This document shows, piece by piece, positions 39,726 through 49,620 of a DNA stretch of 64,000 nucleotides. Both the position numbers and the translations under genes were made by a program. Source of the DNA: a virus; IMG/VR virus record IMGVR_UViG_3300037470_000856, positions 77,030 to 141,029 of that record. One strand, given 5' to 3'. Under the pieces are notes generated by a model that did no database searches, was not told where the DNA came from, and saw only the letters and a list, made by a program, of their open reading frames with translations. Positions within the stretch are counted from its first letter, which is position 1; every line of letters begins with the position of its first letter.

Positions 39726-40502
39726 CTAGCCCTCCTTGCACCCGCTGAGGTCGATAACCACCGAGGGGACGGGCATCTTGCCGTCCGGCTCCGCGATCTC
39801 GTCGGCGACGGGCTTGATCATCCCCCCAACGTAGTTGACAGCACCGATCGCAGCGGTGCCCTTCTTGCAGTTGGCGCTCTGTAACTTCGTCGCGTAGTGC
39901 AGGACCGCGGCGATGGTGATGCCGGCGATGGCCTCGACGAGCGCGGCCGCCTCGGGGTGACCCATCGTAGCCGCGACGTCGGGCTCGACCGGGGGCTCGG
40001 GCTCCTCTGGGAGGGCTTCCTCGGCCGGAGAAACTTCCTCGGCCGCGGGCTCCGGCTCGGCCGGGGGGGCTTCTTCGGACGGCGCCTCTTCCTTGGCCGG
40101 AGCGACGTAACCCGCGATCTGTGTCACGACGACGATCGGCCCGTGAAGGCTCACGCTCTCGGTCACGTCCGCGTCGGCCCGGAGTGCCAAGCACCCGGAC
40201 ACGTCGATGTCGACGGCCGGGATGACGATCTTGTCCTGGAGACGCCCGGCGAGCACCTCGGCCGCGCTGTCGAACGCGGTGATGAGGAATGTGGCAGCGA
40301 CGCACCCTTCGAAGTTCTTGGCCTTGATCGCCTCGTTGTAGCCAATCATGGACGCCGTGCCGCCGCCCGCGAACGCGACCTGGATCAGGGGGAAGTATTC
40401 CTCGGGATTCGCAGTGCCTTTGGTGGGCCTGCATCCGCCGAGGGCGATCGGGAGGATGAGAAGGGCGCTTGCTGCGAGTTTGCCGAACCGGGCCATGGAC
40501 AT
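39726..40502 (-). CDS. lipoprotein
   Basis: basic N-terminus, hydrophobic stretch, lipobox LGG|C; Pro/Glu-rich linker. Confidence 0.65.
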   Translation of the reverse strand: MSMARFGKLAASALLILPIALGGCRPTKGTANPEEYFPLIQVAFAGGGTASMIGYNEAIKAKNFEGCVAATFLITAFDSAAEVLAGRLQDKIVIPAVDIDVSGCLALRADADVTESVSLHGPIVVVTQIAGYVAPAKEEAPSEEAPPAEPEPAAEEVSPAEEALPEEPEPPVEPDVAATMGHPEAAALVEAIAGITIAAVLHYATKLQSANCKKGTAAIGAVNYVGGMIKPVADEIAEPDGKMPVPSVVIDLSGCKEG

Positions 40503-40525
40503 GGTCTCCTACCCGATGTGCCAAA

Positions 40526-40540
40526 ATAGGAGGAAAACCG
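40526..40540 (-). promoter_or_regulatory. putative late promoter motif CGGT-TTTCCTC-CTAT
   Basis: in the short gap ahead of the whole structural block; matches the consensus. Confidence 0.6.
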
Positions 40541-40550
40541 GCGCCCGGGG

Positions 40551-41162
40551 TCAGTCCACGACGAAGTGGACCTTCTCGTCCCACTTCGGGCGGTCCACCT
40601 CACGCATGATGTTCAAGTTCTCCGCGATGGCCTGAAAGATTTTCGCGTAGGGTCCCATCTGCGGGTTCTCGACCATCCTACGCGTGGACCGCATGAACCG
40701 GTGCCGCACCTTACCCTGCGTGATGCGCATGGCCTTGGCCACCGCGCTCTGGCAAGTCGTCTCATACATCCGCATCATGATCTCGACGTCCTCCTCGTCG
40801 CCGAGGAACTCCCGAAGCGCGCGCTCCATCTCGTGCTCCAAAATGTCGGGCAGGCTGAGCACGAACTGGATGCGAGCTGTCGCGCGCTGCAGCCGGTAGC
40901 AGACGGTCGGCTGGCTCACCCGGAAAATCTCGGCGATGTCGGTCTGCGTCTTGTGGGAGAAGAAGTAGAGTTCGACAAAGTCGGCCTCGCGCAGGGGGAG
41001 TTCCTGCATGATCTCCCGGACGCGCTCGAGGTTGCGAGCAGACTCCTCGGTGGGCTCCTCGGAGAGGACCTGCTCGAGGAACTCCATGTTGTCCTCGACG
41101 CTAACGCGGGACTCTATCTCGGAAGGGTCTACGGATCGGCAATCGGCCCAAACGCTTGGCAT
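40551..41162 (-). CDS. sigma-70 region-4-like tandem HTH regulator
   Basis: ELPLREADFVELYFFSHKTQTDIAEIFRVSQPTVCYRLQRA plus a second HTH QSAVAKAMRITQGKVRHR. Confidence 0.7.
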   Translation of the reverse strand: MPSVWADCRSVDPSEIESRVSVEDNMEFLEQVLSEEPTEESARNLERVREIMQELPLREADFVELYFFSHKTQTDIAEIFRVSQPTVCYRLQRATARIQFVLSLPDILEHEMERALREFLGDEEDVEIMMRMYETTCQSAVAKAMRITQGKVRHRFMRSTRRMVENPQMGPYAKIFQAIAENLNIMREVDRPKWDEKVHFVVD

Positions 41163-41168
41163 CGGTAC

Positions 41169-41702
41169 TCACACGGTCTCCAAGAACACCTTCGGCACCT
41201 TGAAGATGACTACGAGGGAACGCAGCTCAAAGCGGACGATCGCGTAATCGCCCTCCACGTCGAGGACTTCGCCCTCGAGTTTACTGTAAATTCCGTCCGT
41301 TACCAAAACAGTCATGCCTGGGACGATGTCGGACGCGACCTCCTCGTTGAGCTGTCGCCGAAGTTCGGTGACTCGAGAGTCGGGAATCGTCGAGAGGACC
41401 CGGATCCCCCGTGGCCCCTTGCGTTCCGAGAGGACCTGCTCCACGAGTTTCGTCTGCTCGAGACGGAAGTAGCGCACCTCGTCGAGTCCCGTAGCGACGA
41501 AGGCGTACCCCTCCATGAGATGCACGGCGACGCTGCGGCCCTTCTTCTCGTAGATCCAGGCCGGCACGAACACCGGCCAGTCCGAGTCTACCTCCAGGGC
41601 CTTGCGAATCTCCTGTGCGAGGGTGCCATTCTCGACGAGTTTCTCGCCTGGTTGGCTCAGCTCAAGAGCTACCCACGTCGTTGAGTCTCGCTGGTCTGCC
41701 AC
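41169..41702 (-). CDS. NusG-family transcription elongation factor
   Basis: NGN-like VFVP...LMEGYAFV and KOW PGMTVLVTDGIYSKLEGEV. Confidence 0.8.
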   Translation of the reverse strand: MADQRDSTTWVALELSQPGEKLVENGTLAQEIRKALEVDSDWPVFVPAWIYEKKGRSVAVHLMEGYAFVATGLDEVRYFRLEQTKLVEQVLSERKGPRGIRVLSTIPDSRVTELRRQLNEEVASDIVPGMTVLVTDGIYSKLEGEVLDVEGDYAIVRFELRSLVVIFKVPKVFLETV

Positions 41703-43134
41703 TGGACGACTGTTCCTCTGTCAGCTCAATGACCCGGCGCTTGAGTATTTGGGCGAACGCGCCCGCCTCCAAGGAGGGGAGCTCTCCCGCCGAAGGCCGA
41801 ATTTCTCGGCCCCGAAGGGTGTTCTGCGCGAGCGGGTGAATGCCGATGCCCATGCGTGTGAGAATCGGTCCTTCGGCTACAGTACCCGTGCTCGTCACCT
41901 GTTTCTCGGCAATCGAAGCGTTCTGAGGCTTCGGCTTCGGTGATTGTTCGATAGGAGCGGAAGCCAAGTTCCCGGCCAGTGGAGAAGTGGCAGTCGAGGT
42001 CGAAACCGACGCTGGAGCGCCCGTGACGGCCGGGACGGCCACCTCGCTGCGCGTGGCAACCACAACAATCCCGGCGCGGCGCTGATGAAGAGCCGCGACG
42101 TCGCAGGCGAACATAGCGGACGAGGCGTGCGCAGGGCGCGACGCGAACCGCTGTGCGAACTCGACGAGGAATTCCTTGTGGAGATCTCCTGCCGCCTGGA
42201 GGCGATCCCGGTCCCAGTAGGACGGCACCGAGGCGGCACCAAAGCGCGAGAGACGATACGCGATCATACACACGTCGGCCATGCGCTCGTACCGGGTGGC
42301 CGGCGAGACCTTCTCGTCGAGTTCGTCGAGGGCCTTCACGACGGCCGCCTGGTCGGACCCGATCTTCTCGAGCAGGTCGAGGTACAGGGCGTTCGCGTCC
42401 ATGTGGAGGTACGCGGTGACGTTGGCCAGGTTGACCTTGCCGAGCATCGAGACGCCCTCGACGGCCTTGATGGAGTCGCGGACGTGGCACTCGCACACCT
42501 CAGCGACGAGGGGGAGCACGTCGGGCTCGTACTCGATCTTCTCCTCCTCGCAGATGTACGCGAGCCGGGCACCGATCTCGTTCGGAGTGTTCTGGCGGAG
42601 ACGAAACAGCGGCGCGCAGCGGGAGAGAATGGCTCCCCGCATCTTCTCGGGTTCCGTCGTGCAGAAGATGCAGACGAGCTGCTTGTCCTGCGTACCGCGG
42701 AGGTTGTCCTCGAGCGGCTTGAGCATCGCGTCCATGGCCTGGCGCGAGAGCTCGTGGCACTCGTCGAAGAGGTAGATCTTGCGCTTGCCCGAGAAACTCC
42801 CGAACTGTGCCTCCTGCGTGATGCGCTTGACGTCGTCCTTGCCCGAGTTGGTCGCGGCGTCGACCTCGAGGAAGTTCTCGGACTTGTCTGCCAGCATCGC
42901 CTTGCACGACTGACACTCGTCGCAGGGCTCCCCGTCCTGCGGGTTCTCGCACAGCAGGGCTCGCGCGAGGATGCGGCCGCACGTTGTCTTGCCGCCACCG
43001 TGGGCCCCCGCGAACACGTAGCTCTGCCGGAAACCATGGCCCGTGCGCACATACTCCTTGCAGACCTTGATGGTCGCGTCCTGGCCCAGCACGTCTGCGT
43101 AGCGCAGCGGTCGATACTTGGTGTCGAGGCTCAC
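41662..43134 (-). CDS. dnaX: DNA polymerase III gamma/tau (clamp loader)
   Basis: KYRP..YADVLGQ, GAHGGGKTT, PCDECQSC, EVDAATNSG, DECHEL, ILSRC. Confidence 0.9.
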   Translation of the reverse strand: MSLDTKYRPLRYADVLGQDATIKVCKEYVRTGHGFRQSYVFAGAHGGGKTTCGRILARALLCENPQDGEPCDECQSCKAMLADKSENFLEVDAATNSGKDDVKRITQEAQFGSFSGKRKIYLFDECHELSRQAMDAMLKPLEDNLRGTQDKQLVCIFCTTEPEKMRGAILSRCAPLFRLRQNTPNEIGARLAYICEEEKIEYEPDVLPLVAEVCECHVRDSIKAVEGVSMLGKVNLANVTAYLHMDANALYLDLLEKIGSDQAAVVKALDELDEKVSPATRYERMADVCMIAYRLSRFGAASVPSYWDRDRLQAAGDLHKEFLVEFAQRFASRPAHASSAMFACDVAALHQRRAGIVVVATRSEVAVPAVTGAPASVSTSTATSPLAGNLASAPIEQSPKPKPQNASIAEKQVTSTGTVAEGPILTRMGIGIHPLAQNTLRGREIRPSAGELPSLEAGAFAQILKRRVIELTEEQSSSGRPARLNDVGSS

Positions 43135-43188
43135 GTCTCCTCTTCTACCCCTCCGGGCCGACGGGCCAGGAATCTACCCGTGCCAGCC

Positions 43189-43743
43189 CTAGTTGTCATC
43201 GTCATCGTCGGCGCCGTTGAGGGCGTCGAGCACGTCGTCGAGGTCGTCCGTGTCGGCCACCCGCTTGCGTACCTCGGCCGCGTGCTCCTCGGCCTTCTTG
43301 CCGAACATCTGCTCGATGATGCTGAGCGTGTCCTCGTCCATCGGCCGCCACATGCCGTGGCGCTCGACCTCCTCCTTGTAGCCGACGAAGTCGGGAGGCC
43401 GGAGGCTGCACTTGAGGCCCCCGTTCTTCTCGTCCTCCTCGACCTTCATCGCGCACAGGTGGTGGTCGAGGAGCGCCTCGCGCTGGTTATCGGCGAGTTC
43501 GTTCCACACGTCGGCGCCCAGCTCGACGATGAACTTGTAGTCGAACTTCTTGTCCGTCAGGACCCTCATCAGCGGGGGAGCCCTCTTCGTGTTGCCCGGG
43601 ATCACCAGGCCGCACTTCTCGGTCGCCTTGTCCTTGAACACGACGACGATGTCATCCTCGATCAGCGCGAGGTGGGGGTGATGATTGGCGATGAGCGTCT
43701 TCACGATGCTCATCACTTCCTTGCCGGCTTTCCAGTAGTCCAC
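43189..43743 (-). CDS. phage metallopeptidase-like protein
   Basis: HHPHL..I...F..K...G...DYKFIVEL..DVW..L...QREALLDHHLC...PPDFVGY.EEVERHG. Confidence 0.6.
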   Translation of the reverse strand: MDYWKAGKEVMSIVKTLIANHHPHLALIEDDIVVVFKDKATEKCGLVIPGNTKRAPPLMRVLTDKKFDYKFIVELGADVWNELADNQREALLDHHLCAMKVEEDEKNGGLKCSLRPPDFVGYKEEVERHGMWRPMDEDTLSIIEQMFGKKAEEHAAEVRKRVADTDDLDDVLDALNGADDDDDN

Positions 43744-43755
43744 GATTGTTCTCCT

Positions 43756-44448
43756 TCAGAGGTGGGGAAACGTTTCCCGGAGGGCCTCGACGCCGCCCTT
43801 GTCCCAGATGGCGCCCGGGTCCTCTCCGGCGCGCCCGTAGCGAATCCTGCTGCACGCTACCCGAGCGCCATTCAGGTATTTCAACGCGTCGTCGGTGCCC
43901 TTACGGCCGGCCGCGTCGTTGTCGTAGGCCATGTAGACGTCGCCGAGCACCCACCGTCGCAGGAACTCGACGTGCTTCCAGGTGAGATGGGCGGAGTTCG
44001 ACCCCAGGATGGCCTGCTCTCGGGTGACGGCGTGGAGCATGGCCCACACGTCGTAGCGGCCCTCCACGACGACGACGTCGCGTCCCGCCCAGATGCCCGA
44101 CATCGCCGACGGCATGCCCGACCAGACCACGTTCCAGCGCGCGGCGGGGAGGAGGTACAGGTCGTCGTCCTTCCGGTACGGCGTCCGGCTGTCGAAACCC
44201 ATCAGCTTCCCCCGCGGGCTGTAGAGCGGGTAGATGAGTTTGCCCTCAAAGCGGTCGAAGTGCTCGCCGAAATGGTGGTGCAGTCTCGGGTCCGGGCACG
44301 GGTCCGGGGGCGTCTCGAACGTCCTGATGCCCCACTCGTCGATGATCTGGTCGGTGGCTCCGCGGCCCATCACGTAGTCGCGCCCCTCCTCGGAGATCGA
44401 GCAGAGCGAGAACGCGGAGGCCAACCACGCACCGACCGTGGTCGTCAT
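43756..44448 (-). CDS. DNA primase catalytic core (TOPRIM) without Zn-binding domain
   Basis: YVMGRG..IYPL...GFDSR...VVVVEGRYD...AYDNDAAG...EDPG. Confidence 0.8.
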   Translation of the reverse strand: MTTTVGAWLASAFSLCSISEEGRDYVMGRGATDQIIDEWGIRTFETPPDPCPDPRLHHHFGEHFDRFEGKLIYPLYSPRGKLMGFDSRTPYRKDDDLYLLPAARWNVVWSGMPSAMSGIWAGRDVVVVEGRYDVWAMLHAVTREQAILGSNSAHLTWKHVEFLRRWVLGDVYMAYDNDAAGRKGTDDALKYLNGARVACSRIRYGRAGEDPGAIWDKGGVEALRETFPHL

Positions 44449-45032
44449 GCGACCCCCACGGCGGCGCCGGGGATCTCTTCCGGGCCGAGACGGGCGGCCA
44501 CGGCGATTCCGCGGCTCGCGTTGTGGATGACGGTGAAGGCATTGTACTGGCCGATGGTGCCGAGGGTGCCGACGAACCCGCGGTCCACCGGGACGACGGC
44601 CAGCGCGTTGAGGGGCATCCACTCCGCGTGCAACACCGTGATCTCGGGCAGCACGACGCCCTCGAGATTCGTGTCGGGTGCCACGAGAATCTCGAGCGGC
44701 TTGAGCTCGTAGGACGCGACGTGCTCGACACACATGAGGACTCCCTCGGTGGTGAGATCCTGGACGTTCCCCCACTCGGCCTGGCGCCCCATGTGCGTGA
44801 CCGCCGCAACAACGTCGGCCTCGATCCCCTGACGCTTGCGCACGGCGGCGCGGATGATTCCGGTCTGAGACGGCGCCGCGACCCACTGCACGGAGCGCGT
44901 GCTCGAGACAAGGTACGGCGCGAGGTCGGCGTTGACGTGAAACTCCATCATGAGAGGAGCGGCCGCTCCTCGGCGCGTCTGCTTCACCGTGGAGTCGAAG
45001 TTGACAATCTCAAGCAGGCTAGCGCCCATCAT
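44445..45032 (-). CDS. hypothetical protein
   Basis: MMGASLLEIV... part of ORF 44445..45395, overlapping both neighbours. Confidence 0.6.
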   Translation of the reverse strand: MMGASLLEIVNFDSTVKQTRRGAAAPLMMEFHVNADLAPYLVSSTRSVQWVAAPSQTGIIRAAVRKRQGIEADVVAAVTHMGRQAEWGNVQDLTTEGVLMCVEHVASYELKPLEILVAPDTNLEGVVLPEITVLHAEWMPLNALAVVPVDRGFVGTLGTIGQYNAFTVIHNASRGIAVAARLGPEEIPGAAVGVA

Positions 45033-45540
45033 CGTCCTCCACGAGCGGGCGTTCGGGCACGACGTCGGGTTCCTCGATGTTCTCGCCGAAAAATGCCAAG
45101 ATACCCGGGCCCTCCGAATCAGAGGGTGCCTTCCTGTCGACGTTCTGGCCGGGGCCCAGGGCCCACATGAGCGCCGCCACGTCCGGGTACTCCTTCGCGA
45201 TGAGGCCGATGTTGACTGCACTGCCGTCGAGCCCGAGTTTCCTCTTGAACTCGTCCTTAAGTTCCTCGCCCGACTTCCGGTGGTGGAAGTAAGGACACTC
45301 GGCCGCCTGCTGATCCCCGGCCATGCTCGAGTCGCAGACGACGGCGTTGCGGTTTCGCCCGTCGGGGCAGTACCCGCAGACGCGGATGACAGCACGGTTC
45401 GCGGTGTGCAGCGGGAGGCGGATCTGTTCGTTATGAGCGCAGTTCTGCGGGCGCTGATCGAGGGCGTGCTCTACATAGTTCTTGCGGTGACGGAAAATCA
45501 CCTGCTTGAGTTTCTGCTTGATCTGACCCTCCGTCTTCAC
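45019..45540 (-). CDS. hypothetical Cys-rich protein
   Basis: 173 aa ORF in operon. Confidence 0.6.
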   Translation of the reverse strand: MKTEGQIKQKLKQVIFRHRKNYVEHALDQRPQNCAHNEQIRLPLHTANRAVIRVCGYCPDGRNRNAVVCDSSMAGDQQAAECPYFHHRKSGEELKDEFKRKLGLDGSAVNIGLIAKEYPDVAALMWALGPGQNVDRKAPSDSEGPGILAFFGENIEEPDVVPERPLVEDDDGR

Positions 45541-46211
45541 CCTGCTACCTCCTTCTTCTTGAGATCCCGCGCCGTCACCTTACGGAAAACCGCCCGGTCT
45601 TTCACGTAGGTCACGTAGTACGCGCTGGAGGCAGCCCCCACAAGGGCCTCATCGTGGGAGATCAGGAGAATGTCGAGGTCGAGGCGCTTTGAGAGCGTCG
45701 ACAGGAACCTCGCCGCGCGATCGACGTACCGATTCGCCACGGCCGCCAGCGTCTCGTCGAGCAGGAGGAGCGGCCGCATCTTCCGGCGGAAGATGACCGT
45801 AATGCGCATGAGCACGCTCTGCATGGTGAGAATCGAGCCGCCGAACGACTGATCGGCCACACCCTCGACGACGGTGCCGTCCTTGCGCTCGCGCGCGGTG
45901 AAGAACGTGACGGACACTTTTCCGCGAGCCTCCTCCACCTCCGCGCGCACGGAGAGGTTCTGGTCGTGGAAGATCTCTTGGAGCCCCTCGGTCTGGAGTT
46001 TCTCGACTGCCTTGACGCCGTCGGTGACCTCCGCGTCGATCAGGCGTCGCAGCAGGTTGCCGACGAGGTCGAGCAACTCGTCCTCGTTCTCGAGCGCCTT
46101 GATCTCCGCGTCGTTCTCCGCGATCTGAGCCTCCAGCGCTGCCCGGAGGGCCAAAGCCTTCGTGGCCTTGGCCCTCGCGCGGGTCAGGTCTGGGAGCTCG
46201 GGCAGAGACAT
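45537..46211 (-). CDS. Rad50/SbcC C-terminal half (ABC signature + Walker B)
   Basis: coiled coil then SFGGS signature, LLLLDE, LLISHD; no Walker A. Confidence 0.8.
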   Translation of the reverse strand: MSLPELPDLTRARAKATKALALRAALEAQIAENDAEIKALENEDELLDLVGNLLRRLIDAEVTDGVKAVEKLQTEGLQEIFHDQNLSVRAEVEEARGKVSVTFFTARERKDGTVVEGVADQSFGGSILTMQSVLMRITVIFRRKMRPLLLLDETLAAVANRYVDRAARFLSTLSKRLDLDILLISHDEALVGAASSAYYVTYVKDRAVFRKVTARDLKKKEVAG

Positions 46212-46215
46212 CGGC

Positions 46216-47370
46216 TCACTGCAACCAGACGAAGAGGGTGAGGTAGTCGTCGCCGTCGCGGTCCTCGCGAAACCGGACCCATCCGCCCTTCGGCTTCCTG
46301 GTCTTCTTATCACGCTGCGGGTTGAGCCCGAACCTGAGGGTGTCTCCGCGATGCTGGCTGAGGAGTTTGAGCAGGTACGGGTACGCGACGTCGAACCCTT
46401 CCGCGGGCATGTCGGCCTGTGCATTCTCGGCCGTGTCACGCTCGATGGTCTCAAGGTGCATCGTCACCTTGTCGCCCGAGGTGCTCGTCATGGACAGCGC
46501 CACGGTGCCGCCCGCGAGAGCGAAGTTGAGGCGTGTGTCCTCCTTGGAGGCCGACGCCGTGAGGGCGTTGATGGTCGACTGCAGGTCGTCCGTCTTAAGG
46601 ACCCACGAATGCGGATCGTCGGGCTTCTTGTCGAGGATGATGTCCGGGAACGCGTGGTGCGGGCGCCCCACCGAAAGGACGCCCTGGTCCTGGCGCACCA
46701 GGAACAGGCACCGCTCGTGCTCGCGTACCTCTACGGGGCCATCTCCGCACGAGCCGAGGAAGGAGATCACCTGCCCGAGGTCCTTGCCGTGAATGCGCAG
46801 GTTGCTGTTCTTGAGCTCCTTGATGGTCACGACCGCGAGCGCGCCCTTGTCCGTGGCCTGGAGAGACTCGTTGTGAACCTCGGTGACGGCCAGCTTCGGC
46901 GTGGTCGTGTCCTTGTCCGAAATGAAGAGTTTGACGTGGCTCAGCGCTCCATGGAGACGCTTGGCGCTGATGGTCGTTCCCTTCGGGGCCTCGGACAACG
47001 TCTCGTCCCAGAAGGGGAACTGCGACGGGTCGAGGGACTGGAACTTCCCAACCCCTTTGGGGCTCGTCGCCCTCACGGTGCCCTCCACGAGTTGGAGGCT
47101 CAAGGGCGCGTCCTCGACGGCCGCGATCCACTTGTTGAGACGCCACGACTCGACCGTGAACGCATCGCTGCTCTCGTCCCCGCTGACGTTGCAGCCCGCG
47201 ATGGGCATCGAGCAGCCGAGACGGTTGTTGTTCGACAGCACCTCGACGACTCCATCGTCGCGCCGCCGAAAGACGTAGTGGGTGGTGAGATCGCCTCCGG
47301 TCGAGGCGGTACCGATCGACACCACCTGGAGGGCCGCCTCGAGATCAGGCTTGGCAACTTCGATTTTCAT
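46216..47370 (-). CDS. dnaN: DNA polymerase sliding clamp (beta subunit-like)
   Basis: 384 aa three-domain size; LDPSQFP, LQATDKGALA, FPDI, YLLKLL patterns of DnaN. Confidence 0.7.
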   Translation of the reverse strand: MKIEVAKPDLEAALQVVSIGTASTGGDLTTHYVFRRRDDGVVEVLSNNNRLGCSMPIAGCNVSGDESSDAFTVESWRLNKWIAAVEDAPLSLQLVEGTVRATSPKGVGKFQSLDPSQFPFWDETLSEAPKGTTISAKRLHGALSHVKLFISDKDTTTPKLAVTEVHNESLQATDKGALAVVTIKELKNSNLRIHGKDLGQVISFLGSCGDGPVEVREHERCLFLVRQDQGVLSVGRPHHAFPDIILDKKPDDPHSWVLKTDDLQSTINALTASASKEDTRLNFALAGGTVALSMTSTSGDKVTMHLETIERDTAENAQADMPAEGFDVAYPYLLKLLSQHRGDTLRFGLNPQRDKKTRKPKGGWVRFREDRDGDDYLTLFVWLQ

Positions 47371-47648
47371 GGGGTTCCTTCTCCTCCGATGAACGGAGCC
47401 AGAGCCCGTTCTGCTTCTTCGGTGTCCTTCTTGAGGACACTGATCTGCTCGCGATACTTGCCCTCAAGCTGCGCGATGATGTCGTCGATCTTGTCCGGGT
47501 CGATGTTCTTCGCCCGGCACTCGGCCTCGACGGCGGCGAGACCGGACTCGGCCTGCTCCTTGCGCCCCTTGAGACGCTCGATGGCCTCCGCCACCTTTTT
47601 CCTGCGCTCGACGATCTGGTCGAGTTCCTGGTCGAGGTTCTCGCTCAT
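47367..47648 (-). CDS. small coiled-coil protein
   Basis: 93 aa, heptad-rich. Confidence 0.65.
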   Translation of the reverse strand: MSENLDQELDQIVERRKKVAEAIERLKGRKEQAESGLAAVEAECRAKNIDPDKIDDIIAQLEGKYREQISVLKKDTEEAERALAPFIGGEGTP

Positions 47649-47659
47649 GGTCCCTCCTT

Positions 47660-48586
47660 CTACTCGCTGCCGAAACCGAACTTCACGACCGATCCCTCGG
47701 CCTGGTCAATGACCGGAAGACTCCGAATTTTACGTTGTCGCTTGGCGGCGTTCTCGGCCTTCGCCTCCTGGCGCTGCGGGCACACGGACTCGTAGTCGCA
47801 GAAGCGGCAGACCTTGTAGGAGGGGGTAGCCTTGAACTTCTCCGTCTCCTGGCCTCGGCGCACCTTCTTGGCTCGATCCACGAGGGCCACGAGATCCCGT
47901 TTCATGAAATCCACCCAGTCCACTCCCTGCTCGCCCGATCCCTCTTCGTAGGGGTAGCGAAACCAGACGAACCCGAGCCGGTCCGGCATCCGCCGGTAGG
48001 CCAGGGAGAAGCACAACGCATACCAGCGGAGCTGGTCCTGATCGACCCACTTCATCTTGGTCCCGCTGTTCTTGCCGTCGAGCAGCGTGATGCCCACATC
48101 ATCGCGCCGGATCACGAAGTCGGCGCGCCCCCCGAGGGGGAGCCAGTTCGCGGCGAACCCGTAGAGCTCGACCTCGCTGCGCGCGTAGACCCCGAGCAGC
48201 TTGTGGGCCTTCATGGTCTGGAGGTAGCCCAGGACGCCGTCGATGCAGACGGTCTCCATCTCCTGGAAGGAGGGCGCGTCGTCCCAGTCGATGTAGAACC
48301 TCGGCAGCGTCGAGGTGAGTTTCTCCTTCGTCGTGTCGACGAGGAGCTTCGTGAGGCCGCTCTGCTGCTTCCACAACTCCTTGTTGTAGAAGTCCTCGAG
48401 GACCGCCTGGATCACGATGCCCATGACTGCGTGGTGCATCGACTTGTCGAGCGGCTTGGGCTTGCCCTTGCCGGGGCCCCGGCCGAGGTCGAGGTCCCCC
48501 CACCCGTACTGCCACAGGCACTTCTGAGGGCACTCCTCGTAGGCTTGGAGATGGGACCAGTACAGGGTCCTGACGTGCTTCACCAT
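47660..48586 (-). CDS. RecB/Cas4-like PD-(D/E)xK exonuclease
   Basis: WSHLQAYEECP...GIVIQ...GRADFV...LDGK...QLRWY...CRFCDYESVC. Confidence 0.85.
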   Translation of the reverse strand: MVKHVRTLYWSHLQAYEECPQKCLWQYGWGDLDLGRGPGKGKPKPLDKSMHHAVMGIVIQAVLEDFYNKELWKQQSGLTKLLVDTTKEKLTSTLPRFYIDWDDAPSFQEMETVCIDGVLGYLQTMKAHKLLGVYARSEVELYGFAANWLPLGGRADFVIRRDDVGITLLDGKNSGTKMKWVDQDQLRWYALCFSLAYRRMPDRLGFVWFRYPYEEGSGEQGVDWVDFMKRDLVALVDRAKKVRRGQETEKFKATPSYKVCRFCDYESVCPQRQEAKAENAAKRQRKIRSLPVIDQAEGSVVKFGFGSE

Positions 48587-48598
48587 CGCGCGATCACC

Positions 48599-49582
48599 CT
48601 ACCTGCGCGCCCTGTCGATGTATTCAACGGCGCGCTCCTTGACCCGGTCGGGCAGGTCGAGCCCCGCGATGATCTCCGGGAAGGGCTTGTCCGAGGACGC
48701 CTCAAGCTCCCTCTTCACCGACTCCACGAACGCGTCGACGGTCATCGCCCTCGTCTCCTCGCGCACTCGCTTCTCCATGTCGAAGATCTCCGTGGCGGGC
48801 TTGACAGTGATTTTCACGAACTCGAGGGTGGGGGGCATCTTGCGATCCCGGGGCCAGAACCCCATGACGACGACGCCCGGCTCGCGCTCCACGTTGTCCT
48901 GGGTCAGGGCCCCGCGCGTCAGGCTCCCGACATTCACCACCCACTTATCGTCGGCGATCTGCTTGACCCCCTGGTTCTTGTGCCAGTGGCCGAACGCCCA
49001 GACGTCCACATTCGGGTTCAGCTTGGGGAGGTCGGAGTAGCGCAGGATGTCCTCGCCCTTGAACATTTCACCGCCCTGGGGAGAGGCGAGGACGTGCGCG
49101 TTGCAGACGAGGTAATCCTCGTCGCGGCGCTCGACGGCGCGGAACCTGTCGAGGTCGTAGCGCGGGCCGTGGTACGGGATGCCCACGACGCGGACCTTCA
49201 CGCCGTCCTTCTCCAGGACGCACTCGTGCTCGTCGTAGAGACGCAGGAACACCCCCGAGGCGAATAGCACCTCGAGCGGGTTCTCGTGGAGGTTGCCGAG
49301 CTGTGCGAGGCGCACGTCGTGGTTGCCGACGTTGGCGAACACCGGGCACGGGTAGCCAGCGTGGACCCGGGCCACGCGGCTCACGAGGCGGTGGGGCGTG
49401 CGGATGGGCGTCTTGTCGTCGAAGAAATCGCCCCCGTCGATGACCGCGTCGCACGTGTACTTCCGCGCGATCTCCCCGACCTCGGTGAGTTTCACCATCA
49501 CGGTGTCGGCCCAGTCGTCGACGCGGGACTCAGGCCCCGAGTCGCTCGTGTGCACATCCGTGCGCCAGAGGAGGCGAATCAT
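48599..49582 (-). CDS. Mre11/SbcD metallophosphoesterase nuclease
   Basis: TDVH, GGDFFD, GNHD, NAH, GHWH, NVGSL motifs. Confidence 0.88.
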   Translation of the reverse strand: MIRLLWRTDVHTSDSGPESRVDDWADTVMVKLTEVGEIARKYTCDAVIDGGDFFDDKTPIRTPHRLVSRVARVHAGYPCPVFANVGNHDVRLAQLGNLHENPLEVLFASGVFLRLYDEHECVLEKDGVKVRVVGIPYHGPRYDLDRFRAVERRDEDYLVCNAHVLASPQGGEMFKGEDILRYSDLPKLNPNVDVWAFGHWHKNQGVKQIADDKWVVNVGSLTRGALTQDNVEREPGVVVMGFWPRDRKMPPTLEFVKITVKPATEIFDMEKRVREETRAMTVDAFVESVKRELEASSDKPFPEIIAGLDLPDRVKERAVEYIDRARR

Positions 49583-49620
49583 CAGGGATTCTACCCACCC
49601 CCGAGGTCAGCTTCGTGAAA

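Noticed and set aside
47660-48586. Cas4 of a CRISPR-Cas system
   Set aside because: No other cas genes or array; lies in the recombination operon next to Mre11
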